From: Patescibacteria group bacterium
GTDB taxonomy: Bacteria; Patescibacteriota; Minisyncoccia; Phycocordibacterales; PALSA-1337
Assembly (NCBI GenBank): GCA_038065415.1
Contig: JBBTRA010000002.1
Coordinates: 13,646-77,645 of the forward strand
Reading direction: 5' to 3'
Length of the DNA stretch: 64,000 nucleotides
Position numbers and translations under genes: made by a program. The stretch's first letter is position 1. Every line of letters begins with the position of its first letter. Shown here one piece after another: positions 47,701-56,809 of this stretch. The notes below the pieces were generated by a model. The model did not search any database, was not told the DNA's origin, and saw nothing but the letters and a program-made list of their open reading frames with translations.

Positions 47701-48729
47701 ATGGCATTGATCATCAAAGAAAAGGTATCGCTTGCCCCCTATACTACATTCAAACTCGGTGGGCTGGCGCGATTTTATTGCTCCGTCAACACAGAAGACG
47801 AGCTTGTTGAGGCGTGCCAGTTTGCGCGAGAGAAGGATCTCCAGATCTTTATCTTGGGAGGCGGATCGAACATCCTTATTTCAGGAAAAGGGTTCAATGG
47901 ACTCGTCATTCGCATGCGTATCAAGGGTATCACCATAGAAGAGAAGGAGAGTGGAGCTGTCTGTGTTACTGCAGCAGCTGGCGAACTCTGGGATGACTTG
48001 GTAGAAAAGACTGTTTCTGAAGGGATATATGGGTTGGAGAATCTTTCTGCGATACCGGGTACAGTCGGTGCGGCGCCTGTTCAGAATATCGGTGCATATG
48101 GGGCAGAGGTTTCAGAGACAATCATCGAGGTGCGTGCGTTCCACATCCCAACGCTCACCTTTGTGCAACTTTCAAAAGCTGAGTGTGGTTTTTCATACCG
48201 GGATAGCGTCTTCAAGCATGACAAGGGTAAGTATGTTATCACGAGAGTGTATTTTGGGCTTTTCAAAAATGGGAAGGTGAATACGAGCTATAGGGAAGTC
48301 CAGCAGTATTTTGCCGAAAAAGAAATTGCAGAGCCTACATTGCAAGAAGTACGTGATGCGGTCATTGATATTCGATGGGGTAAACTACCTGATTGGAAGT
48401 TGTGGGGAACGGCAGGATCATTTTTTAAGAACCCTGTTATTAGTGCGGTAGCATTCGCTGAGCTCAAGAAACGGTATCCTGATTTACCGGGATTTCCTGA
48501 ACCTGATGATAGGGTCAAGGTTTCACTCGGGTGGATACTCGACAAGGTCTGTAATGTGAAAGGGCTCTGTGTCGGCAATGTCTGTGTGTATGAGAAGCAG
48601 GCGCTGGTACTTGTGGCCAAGCCCGGTGCGACGTCTGAGGAAGTGGTCAAGTTGGCGCAAGATCTCATGAAGGCGGTCAAGGAGAAGACGGGCATAGATA
48701 TAGAGGGAGAGGTTGAGTGGGTCAATTAG
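47701..48729 (+). CDS. murB: UDP-N-acetylmuramate dehydrogenase
   Basis: LGGGSN, GLENLSAIPGTVGAAPVQNIGAYG, YRDSVFK, AGSFFKNP, GEVE. Confidence 0.96.
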   Translation: MALIIKEKVSLAPYTTFKLGGLARFYCSVNTEDELVEACQFAREKDLQIFILGGGSNILISGKGFNGLVIRMRIKGITIEEKESGAVCVTAAAGELWDDLVEKTVSEGIYGLENLSAIPGTVGAAPVQNIGAYGAEVSETIIEVRAFHIPTLTFVQLSKAECGFSYRDSVFKHDKGKYVITRVYFGLFKNGKVNTSYREVQQYFAEKEIAEPTLQEVRDAVIDIRWGKLPDWKLWGTAGSFFKNPVISAVAFAELKKRYPDLPGFPEPDDRVKVSLGWILDKVCNVKGLCVGNVCVYEKQALVLVAKPGATSEEVVKLAQDLMKAVKEKTGIDIEGEVEWVN

Positions 48730-48771
48730 TTTTTTTATTGTCCCAAATATGGTACAGTGCCATCTACTCTT

Positions 48772-51288
48772 ATGGCTATATTTTCCAACATATTCACCCG
48801 CACCCATACCAAGAATGTCAAAGCATTCGAACCTATCGTCGCACGCATAAACGCCCTTGAAGATACAATCAAGGCTCTTTCTGATACTGATCTTCGAGCC
48901 AAGACCGACGAGTTCAAGAAGTCGCTCGCTGAAGGAAAAACACTTGATAATATTCTCCCCGAAGCGTTCGCTGTTGTGCGCGAGGCATCACGCCGTACAC
49001 TCGGTCAGCGTCATTTTGACGTACAGCTTCTGGGTGGCATGGTACTCAATTCTGGCGGTATCGCAGAGATGAGGACGGGAGAAGGTAAGACCTTGGTGGC
49101 GACATTTCCTGCATATTTGAATGCTCTTACAGGCAAAGGAGTGCATGTTGTCACAGTTAACGACTACCTCTCAAGGCGTGATGCAGTCTGGATGGGCCAG
49201 ATATACGCCTTTCTCGGACTCTCTGTCGGTGTGATCGGCAATGAGACATCATTTTTGTATGATCCGACACACAAGGAGGCGCCAGCGTCCGTAGAATCTT
49301 CTGATGAGCTCGATACGGAACGCGATCAGCTCGGTGCATTCAAGGTGGTTCATGAATTCCTGCGCCCGGTATCTCGCCGAGACGCGTATGCAGCTGATAT
49401 CACCTATGGTACGAACAATGAGTTCGGTTTTGATTATTTGCGTGACAACCTCGTGTACAGCCCTGATAGGCTTTGTCAGCGTGAACCAAGCTATGCTATC
49501 GTCGACGAGATCGACTCTATCCTCATCGATGAGGCGCGCACACCACTGATCATTTCTTCGCCGACTCGTGATGCTGAATCTACATACAAACAGTTCGCAA
49601 CACTGGTGAAATCGTTTGCACAGGAGTCTGACTACACTGTCGATGAGAAGCATCGCTCGATCTCGCTCACGTCTGACGGTATCACCAAAGCTGAGAAGGC
49701 TCTCAATATTGAAAATATCTACACCGACAAGGGTATCAAGTCGGTTCATCATCTGGAGACCGCTATCAAAGCAACCGCACTCTATAAGAAGGATATCGAC
49801 TATGTAGTCAAAGAAGGTCAGATTGTGATTGTTGATACATTTACGGGGCGTATGCAACCAGGCCGTCGTTGGTCCGATGGTCTCCATCAGGCTATTGAGG
49901 CCAAGGAAGGTGTCGGTATCCAACAGGAATCTCGTACCTACGCATCGGTCACATTCCAGAACTTCTTCCGCATGTATCCCAAGCTTTCTGGTATGACGGG
50001 AACCGCAGCAACTTCCGCAGAGGAATTCTTCAAGGTGTATGGCCTCGAAGTTTCTGTTATCCCAACCAACAATAAGCCGGTTCGTATCGACCGCAATGAT
50101 CAGATATTCCAGACCGAGCTTGGTAAGTTCAAGGCCCTCGCACGCACTATCAAGGAATTGCACAAAAAAGGCCAGCCGGTCCTTATTGGTACAGTATCTA
50201 TCGAGAAGAACGAGTTGCTCTCACACTTCCTCAAGGCCGAAGGCATACCGCACCAGATGCTCAATGCCAAGAACCATGAGAAGGAAGGGGAGATCATTGC
50301 TCAGGCTGGTAAGAAGGGAGCAGTTACTATTGCTACCAACATGGCAGGTCGCGGTGTCGATATCAAACTCGGCGGTAACCCGAGCACACCTGAAACATCA
50401 CAGGAAGTAAAAGCCGCCGGAGGTCTCTTTGTGATCGGCACCGAACGTCATGAGGCACGCCGTATCGACAACCAGCTCCGCGGTCGTTCAGGTCGCCAAG
50501 GAGATCCAGGCGAAACACAGTTCTTCGTGTCTCTCGAGGATACGCTCATGCGCGTGTTTGCCTCGGATATGCTCAAGTCTATGATGGGTAAGCTCGGTGT
50601 CGCCGAGGATGAGCCGATCGAGCACAAGCTCATTTCCAAGTCCCTCGAGAGTGCCCAGCAGAAAATCGAAGGATTCAACTTCGATTCCCGTAAGCATGTG
50701 CTCGAGTTCGATGACGTCATCAACACACAGAGAAAGAACATGTATGGCCGCAGAAGGAAGGTTTTGCTCGGAACAGTAGATGAAGTTGAGACGGAATTGA
50801 AGGAGATCGTTGGTGATGATTCTCTCGGTGAGGTTATTTCCAAGAAATCCGTTGAATTCGGCCGCGACATGTTCTTTGACGCGATTCGCATGGTGCTCCT
50901 TCAGGCAATCGATATGTATTGGGTTGAGCACCTTGAAGTCATGGATTACACCCGTTCGAGCGTTAATCTGCGCGCCTACGGTCAGCGTGATCCTCTCGTA
51001 GAATACAAGAAGGAAGGTTTGAGGCTTTTCAAGGAGATGCAGGCGGCCATGCGTGAGCAGGTCGTGAAAGTGATTCCTCATGTGGTACCTGTAGGTAACG
51101 CTGCTCCGGTTGTACAGGAGCAGAAGGACCTCAAGGAAGTCCATGAAAATGCATCCATCATTGGAGGGGGTGACGGATCAGGTAACGCGCAGTCTTCAGT
51201 AAAGAAAGAACCGGAAGTTGGCAGGAATGACTTGTGTCCATGCGGAAGCGGCAAGAAATACAAGAAGTGCCACGGAGTTGGGAAGTAA
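48772..51288 (+). CDS. secA: preprotein translocase subunit SecA
   Basis: EMRTGEGKT, VDEIDSILIDEARTPLIIS, ATNMAGRG.DI, QLRGRSGRQGDPG, C-terminal CPCGSGKKYKKCH. Confidence 0.99.
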   Translation: MAIFSNIFTRTHTKNVKAFEPIVARINALEDTIKALSDTDLRAKTDEFKKSLAEGKTLDNILPEAFAVVREASRRTLGQRHFDVQLLGGMVLNSGGIAEMRTGEGKTLVATFPAYLNALTGKGVHVVTVNDYLSRRDAVWMGQIYAFLGLSVGVIGNETSFLYDPTHKEAPASVESSDELDTERDQLGAFKVVHEFLRPVSRRDAYAADITYGTNNEFGFDYLRDNLVYSPDRLCQREPSYAIVDEIDSILIDEARTPLIISSPTRDAESTYKQFATLVKSFAQESDYTVDEKHRSISLTSDGITKAEKALNIENIYTDKGIKSVHHLETAIKATALYKKDIDYVVKEGQIVIVDTFTGRMQPGRRWSDGLHQAIEAKEGVGIQQESRTYASVTFQNFFRMYPKLSGMTGTAATSAEEFFKVYGLEVSVIPTNNKPVRIDRNDQIFQTELGKFKALARTIKELHKKGQPVLIGTVSIEKNELLSHFLKAEGIPHQMLNAKNHEKEGEIIAQAGKKGAVTIATNMAGRGVDIKLGGNPSTPETSQEVKAAGGLFVIGTERHEARRIDNQLRGRSGRQGDPGETQFFVSLEDTLMRVFASDMLKSMMGKLGVAEDEPIEHKLISKSLESAQQKIEGFNFDSRKHVLEFDDVINTQRKNMYGRRRKVLLGTVDEVETELKEIVGDDSLGEVISKKSVEFGRDMFFDAIRMVLLQAIDMYWVEHLEVMDYTRSSVNLRAYGQRDPLVEYKKEGLRLFKEMQAAMREQVVKVIPHVVPVGNAAPVVQEQKDLKEVHENASIIGGGDGSGNAQSSVKKEPEVGRNDLCPCGSGKKYKKCHGVGK

Positions 51289-51326
51289 TATGTCTGTCAT
51301 AAGGAAAAGTAGACTATTAGCAATTT

Positions 51327-51824
51327 ATGGAGACAAAACCAAGAAAACTCTTTACGCTCTGCATAGTCCATCAGGATGGTAGAGTGCTTCTTGGTATGAA
51401 GAAGAGGGGATTTGGTGCGGGGAGATGGAACGGGTTTGGTGGCAAGGTTATGCCCGATGAAGGTATTGAGGGCGCTGCTCACCGAGAATTGACTGAAGAG
51501 GCAAGTATCAAAGCTTTGAAACTCGAAAAGGCGGGCATATTGGAGTTTGAATTTGAAAATGACCCGAAGATGATGGAGGTTCATGTGTTCAAGATAGAAA
51601 GCTTCGAAGGGGAACCGGTAGAAAGTGAGGAAATGAGACCTCAGTGGTTCAATGTTCAGGAGATACCTTTTGATGATATGTGGTCCGATGACCGTTATTG
51701 GTTGCCATTGCTTTTGCAAGGCAAGAAATTTACAGGGAAGTTCCTTTTCGATAAGCCATCGACAGCTGAATATTCTGCAAAAATCCTCAAAGAGGAACTT
51801 GTCGAAACTGCGGATCTTCCTTAG
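51327..51824 (+). CDS. Nudix hydrolase, MTH1/8-oxo-dGTPase-like
   Basis: LLGMKKRGFGAGRWNGFGGKV, RELTEE, ESEEMRPQWF, MWSDD. Confidence 0.92.
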   Translation: METKPRKLFTLCIVHQDGRVLLGMKKRGFGAGRWNGFGGKVMPDEGIEGAAHRELTEEASIKALKLEKAGILEFEFENDPKMMEVHVFKIESFEGEPVESEEMRPQWFNVQEIPFDDMWSDDRYWLPLLLQGKKFTGKFLFDKPSTAEYSAKILKEELVETADLP

Positions 51825-51895
51825 ATATACGGGTGCTGTATATCCCGTAAAGACAAAAAATTCACAATAATTTGATAGTGTGGTAATGTAATATC

Positions 51896-52945
51896 ATGAT
51901 AACCACACCTCCAAGTCAGTTCTTCTTCGGCCTCCTTTTGGCTGCGATAGTCTTGGCAGTTCTCATTTTTATGCCCTTCCTGACGCCAATCGTCCTTGCG
52001 GCAGCCCTTGCGGTCGTTGCGGGTCCTGCACATCGTCTCATGATACGGATATTGTTCCGTGATCGGGAGCGCAGTAGTCTCGCCGCGGTGATTACGACCA
52101 TACTCATCATAGTGGTGATATGTGTGCCAGTACTTCTTGTTGCGGGTAAGATATACACCGAAGTGCAGACCATGTACGCATTCTTGACTGATGAGGCCGG
52201 TAGATCTCAGGTGATCACCTCTCTCAACGCAGCAACATCCGGGCTTTCACGCGTGTTCCTCGGCCTCTATCCGGCGTATTCATTTGATTCGTTCAACATC
52301 ACTACAATCCTCCAGAGGGCGCTCGAATGGCTCTTTGCCAATCTGGATGTGGTCTTCGGTGGCGTATCGAAGATAGCGCTCAGTGTGTTCATCATGTGTC
52401 TGGCGCTCTTCTACTTCCTCCGTGATGGCCGTGAACTCAAGCGTCAGATCATTTCGCTGTCTCCACTGGGAGACGCTGATGATGAACGTATATTTGGCAA
52501 GCTTGAACAGACTATATACTCCATATTCGCAGGAAGCATCTCGGTCGGTATCGTTCAAGGTGTGCTCACGGGTATCGGCTTTGCTATCTTCGGCGTGCCA
52601 AGTCCTGCTTTGTGGGGATCGATCGCAGCTATTTCCGCACTCATCCCAGGTATCGGCACCGCGCTCGTGATCGTGCCTGGCGTTGCGTACCTCTTCTTCA
52701 CGGGTGCCACGGGTCCGGCCATCGGTCTCCTTATTTGGGGAGTGGTCGCTGTCGGTTTTATCGACAATTTCTTGGCTCCTATCATCATCAACAGGAGGGT
52801 CAAGATTCATCCGTTCATGATTCTGCTTTCGGTGTTGGGAGGTCTTATCTTCTTTGGACCGGTCGGATTTGTGCTCGGACCGATAGCGCTGGCTTTCCTT
52901 TTTGCACTGCTCGATATCTATAAGACGAGGCCCAAAGTAAACTAA
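51896..52945 (+). CDS. AI-2E family transporter
   Basis: FYFLRDG, IPGIG, DNFLAP, IHP, GG...FG..G..LGP. Confidence 0.9.
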   Translation: MITTPPSQFFFGLLLAAIVLAVLIFMPFLTPIVLAAALAVVAGPAHRLMIRILFRDRERSSLAAVITTILIIVVICVPVLLVAGKIYTEVQTMYAFLTDEAGRSQVITSLNAATSGLSRVFLGLYPAYSFDSFNITTILQRALEWLFANLDVVFGGVSKIALSVFIMCLALFYFLRDGRELKRQIISLSPLGDADDERIFGKLEQTIYSIFAGSISVGIVQGVLTGIGFAIFGVPSPALWGSIAAISALIPGIGTALVIVPGVAYLFFTGATGPAIGLLIWGVVAVGFIDNFLAPIIINRRVKIHPFMILLSVLGGLIFFGPVGFVLGPIALAFLFALLDIYKTRPKVN

Positions 52946-52950
52946 CCGAT

Positions 52951-53922
52951 ATGGCCTTCATAGATGAAATCACATTCCACGCGAAAGCGGGCGACGGCGG
53001 CACCGGCGTGGTTCGTTGGCGTCATGAAAAAGGCAAGGAATTCGCTGGCGCAGCTGGCGGTAACGGCGGCCCGGGAGGCGATGTCTATGTACGTGCGGTA
53101 CGCGATATCAATATCCTCGCGCGCCATCGCTCGGTCAAACAATTTCGTGCGACCGACGGCAACGCGGGCGAGAATTGGAGCAGGCAGGGTAGTGCTGGTG
53201 AAGATATATATGTAGAGCTCCCGATCGGTTCTTTGGTCAAAAACGTGCAGAGCGGCCGTGAGGTCGAACTCATCGAGGATGGTCAAGTTTCCAAAATACT
53301 GCATGGCGGTAGGGGTGGTCTCGGCAATGAGCATTTCAAGGCTTCGACCAACGTTAAGCCTGAGCAGTCTACAGACGGCATGATCGGCGATGAAGCGGAT
53401 TTCACTGTTGAGCTCAACCTGATCGCAGATGCTGGCTTCATTGGTTTGCCGAATGCAGGCAAATCTAGCCTTTTGAATGTATTGACCCGTGCTAATGCCA
53501 AGGTGGGCAGTTACGCCTTCACCACGCTCGATCCGAACCTCGGCGCGCTGCATGGATATGTGCTCGCTGATATCCCTGGTCTTATTGAAGGTGCATCTGA
53601 AGGCAAAGGTCTTGGACACAAATTTTTGAAACATGTGAAGAGAACCAAGGCGTTGTTCCACCTTGTTTCTCTCGAGAATCCGGCTGATAAGATAGAGGAA
53701 GTCTATACAACTATCCGCAAGGAATTGGAAAAGTACGGACAGGGGCTTACCGATAAAAAGGAAGTTATCATTTTGACGAAGACAGATCTCGTGGATGCGG
53801 AGGCGGTCAAGACTGCACGCAAGATCCTCGAGAAATACAATCGCGAGATACTAGAAGTTTCTATACTGGATGATGCGTCTATCAAGAAGATAGGTGAGGA
53901 GATCGCAGGGAGGCTTGCATAA
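52951..53922 (+). CDS. obg: GTPase Obg/CgtA (no C-terminal extension)
   Basis: Gly-rich Obg domain, GLPNAGKS, YAFTT, DIPG, TKTD. Confidence 0.97.
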   Translation: MAFIDEITFHAKAGDGGTGVVRWRHEKGKEFAGAAGGNGGPGGDVYVRAVRDINILARHRSVKQFRATDGNAGENWSRQGSAGEDIYVELPIGSLVKNVQSGREVELIEDGQVSKILHGGRGGLGNEHFKASTNVKPEQSTDGMIGDEADFTVELNLIADAGFIGLPNAGKSSLLNVLTRANAKVGSYAFTTLDPNLGALHGYVLADIPGLIEGASEGKGLGHKFLKHVKRTKALFHLVSLENPADKIEEVYTTIRKELEKYGQGLTDKKEVIILTKTDLVDAEAVKTARKILEKYNREILEVSILDDASIKKIGEEIAGRLA

Positions 53923-53932
53923 GCAAAGCTTT

Positions 53933-54616
53933 CTATTTTTGCGGGAGAGAATACATTGGTATCCCATAAGCGTACCGGATACCACCACAATGAAGTTTAT
54001 TTTCTGTAATTAAGTTTTTTGTGTTACCTATGGTGACTGTAGCCCCTGTAGTATTTTGGGGCAGTATACTAAGTGCTTTTATGTTACTACGGTTAATAGA
54101 AAGGACGCGGTTTACTTTTGTTTGCAGTCCGTGCTCGTTTAGAGAAGGAGTACTAAATCCTAAGAGAAATATGTCTCTATTTTCATATATCTTGCAGACA
54201 CGAGCCGTTTCTATATGTCTACTTTTTTCTGGGGCTTCTGCAAAGGATATGCCAAGCACCCTAAGTTTTTCAAGCTCTTCTTCATCAGCAATAATACTCG
54301 CAAGGTATGGCTTTGCTCCACCCAGCCATTGAGGTATAAAAGGAAAAAAGAAATTACTAAAAATATATATCCAAATCAACAAACAGGAAAATTTGAGTAA
54401 AAAGTTTGTCTTGGAAAAACGAATTCTAACCCATTTCCAGATGCCAATAGTTAGTATAGGAGGAAATAATATTAAAGTACCGGCGGATAAAAACCGTGTT
54501 TGTAACAGATCGTATTCAAATATCCCAAAGTGACCAAGATATAAATTCCATGCAAAAAATCCGCTTGCATATGCTGTAGCCAGTAACATAACAGTTTTTT
54601 TCTCAAGTAAATCCAT
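53933..54616 (-). CDS. AT-rich hypothetical membrane protein
   Basis: 227-aa ORF with three N-terminal hydrophobic segments, 14 bp downstream of gatB. Visibly more AT-rich than its neighbours. Confidence 0.7.
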   Translation of the reverse strand: MDLLEKKTVMLLATAYASGFFAWNLYLGHFGIFEYDLLQTRFLSAGTLILFPPILTIGIWKWVRIRFSKTNFLLKFSCLLIWIYIFSNFFFPFIPQWLGGAKPYLASIIADEEELEKLRVLGISFAEAPEKSRHIETARVCKIYENRDIFLLGFSTPSLNEHGLQTKVNRVLSINRSNIKALSILPQNTTGATVTIGNTKNLITENKLHCGGIRYAYGIPMYSLPQK

Positions 54617-54630
54617 CGCCGTTAATAAAT

Positions 54631-56097
54631 TTATCCGAGTTTCTCCAACAACAACTTCTTGATCATCTCAGGGTTGCCTGCACCCTTGGTTGCTTTCATC
54701 GCCATACCGACGAGGAACTGGAGTGAAGCGAGCTTGCCGGCCTTATATTCAGCGATGGCTTTTGGGTTATCGGCGAGTACTTGTTCGATAGCGGGAATGA
54801 GTGCTGAAGGGTCGTTTTTCTGGATGAGACCCTTGGCCTCAGCGACCTTCTTTGCAGATATTCCCTTCTCGGTAAAGAGGATTTTGAGGAGATCTTTGGC
54901 GCCGCGAGATGAGAGTTCACCCGCGTTGATCATGCTGATCAGCTCGGCAAAAACAGAGGGTGATACCTCCCACAGAAGGGAAGTAGTGCTGACGGGTGAT
55001 TGGGTAGATGAGTCCTTTATAAGCCTTATATAATCAGTGAGAATATAGTTGGTAGCCAGCTTCACAGATTTTGAGTCTCCAGCAGCGAAGTAGTTTACCA
55101 CCTCTTCATAGTAGTCAGCGGTCTCGGGTGATTCGACAAACACCGCAACTTCTTTGTCAGTCATGCCAAAGTCCTTGGTGAAGCGCTCGCGCTTGATCCA
55201 TGGGAGCTCAGGCAACTCCTTCTTCAAAGTCTCGGCAGAGAACTCTGGGATTTCGGAGAGCTTCAACTTTGGTATATCAGGATCCGGGAAGTAGCGGTAA
55301 TCGTGAGAGCTCTCCTTTTTTCTTTGAGAGTATGTTTCGTTTTTGCCATCGTCCCAACCACGAGTTTCTTGTATGACCTTGTCACCAGAACGGATGAGGT
55401 CGGACTGACGTTCGATCTCATACTCGATTGCTTTTTCAACTGAACGGAATGAATTGAGGTTTTTGACTTCGGTCTTCGTTCCAAATTTTCCGGCAGTAGT
55501 GTCAGCAGGGGATGCGACAGAAATATTTGCTTCGATACGCATCTCTCCCTTTTCCATGTTTGCTTCACCCGCACCGAGATAGCGGAGGAGGAGCTGGAGC
55601 TCGCTCGCAAACTTCACTGCAGTTGCTCCGTCGTGAATGACAGGTTTTGTCACGAGTTCCATGAGAGGTACTCCAGCACGATTGAAGTTCACCAAACTTT
55701 TGTCATGGGTGTCGTGTGTCGACTGAGCAGTGTCTTCTTCGAGATGTATACGCTCAAGCTCGACACCAGAAAGGGAGCCTCCCGTGATGAGCGGATATTT
55801 GTACTGACTGATCTGGTAACCTTTTGGGATGTCAGGATAGAAATAATTCTTGCGATCCCACTCTGTGAAGTCGGCGAGAGTTCCGCCAAGAGCGACACCC
55901 ATTTTGAGCACATGATTGATTGCCTCCCTGTTCAGGACGGGAAGGGTACCTGGATGACCAAGACAAACAGAACAGACATTCTTGTTAGGAACCTCTTCAT
56001 CGGGGTCATTCTTGCATGAGCAGAACATCTTTGAATTCGTAGCGAGTTCCGCATGTATCTCGAGTCCTATGGTGGCGATGAATTCCTGGTCAGTCAT
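54631..56097 (-). CDS. gatB: Asp/Glu-tRNA(Asn/Gln) amidotransferase subunit B
   Basis: IGLEIH, PGTLPV, RKNYFYPD.PKGYQISQ, HLEED, NRAGVPLMELVT, DYRYFPDPD. Confidence 0.98.
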   Translation of the reverse strand: MTDQEFIATIGLEIHAELATNSKMFCSCKNDPDEEVPNKNVCSVCLGHPGTLPVLNREAINHVLKMGVALGGTLADFTEWDRKNYFYPDIPKGYQISQYKYPLITGGSLSGVELERIHLEEDTAQSTHDTHDKSLVNFNRAGVPLMELVTKPVIHDGATAVKFASELQLLLRYLGAGEANMEKGEMRIEANISVASPADTTAGKFGTKTEVKNLNSFRSVEKAIEYEIERQSDLIRSGDKVIQETRGWDDGKNETYSQRKKESSHDYRYFPDPDIPKLKLSEIPEFSAETLKKELPELPWIKRERFTKDFGMTDKEVAVFVESPETADYYEEVVNYFAAGDSKSVKLATNYILTDYIRLIKDSSTQSPVSTTSLLWEVSPSVFAELISMINAGELSSRGAKDLLKILFTEKGISAKKVAEAKGLIQKNDPSALIPAIEQVLADNPKAIAEYKAGKLASLQFLVGMAMKATKGAGNPEMIKKLLLEKLG

Positions 56098-56174
56098 AAT
56101 GGGTTTATAGTATATGAAAAGGAGCAGGATTTCAATCGGAGTTGATGCTATAGCGATAAATCCAAGAGGACTAG

Positions 56175-56195
56175 AAAACCCGCCATAGCGGGTTT
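56175..56195 (-). terminator. intrinsic terminator after the MerR-like gene
   Basis: AAACCCGC-cata-GCGGGTTT. Confidence 0.65.
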
Positions 56196-56234
56196 CTTGG
56201 AGGTTGCTGGGAGAGCTCTCTCTTCGTCTCCAGT

Positions 56235-56495
56235 TTAGTCCTGATCGAGGTGCTTCACCTGAAGCTTCCTGACAGCTTTCTTAGGTGTTCGTGTTGCTCG
56301 GGTAGGAGATTCATTTTTGCCGATCACCTCGATAAGTTTCTCGATGTCCTCTCTCTTATATACTCGGTAATTATTGATGGGGTGTCTGAGGGCCTTGAGC
56401 TTGCCCTTGTTGTCCCAATTACGGAGGGTAAGAGGGGTGACCCCGAGCATTCTAGAGGCTTGCTTTATAGTGACTATTTTTGATTCTTGGCTCAT
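56235..56495 (-). CDS. MerR-type HTH-only (BldC-like) DNA-binding protein
   Basis: TIKQASRMLGVTPLTLRNWDNKGKL...RHPINNYRVY; no effector domain. Confidence 0.9.
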   Translation of the reverse strand: MSQESKIVTIKQASRMLGVTPLTLRNWDNKGKLKALRHPINNYRVYKREDIEKLIEVIGKNESPTRATRTPKKAVRKLQVKHLDQD

Positions 56496-56530
56496 GCGTG
56501 TGTGATATGGCTTATAAGTACCCGCTTAGT

Positions 56531-56566
56531 ATAACACTTATAAACATTGATAAACCATATATAAAC
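56531..56566. promoter_or_regulatory. phased direct repeats (candidate operator)
   Basis: ATAAAC at 56540, 56550 and 56561, plus ATAACA at 56531. Confidence 0.45.
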
Positions 56567-56809
56567 TGTGGACAATTATATCAATCTATAAAATAGATTA
56601 GTAATGTTTTATTAAAAACGTCGAATTTGATCGGTGCACTAAAAAATATTTTTCAGCTACTTCGAGTGGCTATTATGAGAGTAAAAAATATCGACCAAAA
56701 TCTAAAACGACCCTTTAAAATGCGATATGAGACTTTTATTTTTTGATACATGATATTAGTGCTATCCACAGAGCTTTTTCATATCGATGATTGCTATACT
56801 TATCACTGA

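Noticed and set aside
56567-56770. oriC suggested by the AT-rich gap with TGTGGACAA (56567) and CTATCCACA (56762)
   Set aside because: Only two one-mismatch DnaA-box-like sites and no dnaA/dnaN nearby. DnaA regulation cannot be excluded but is unsupported.
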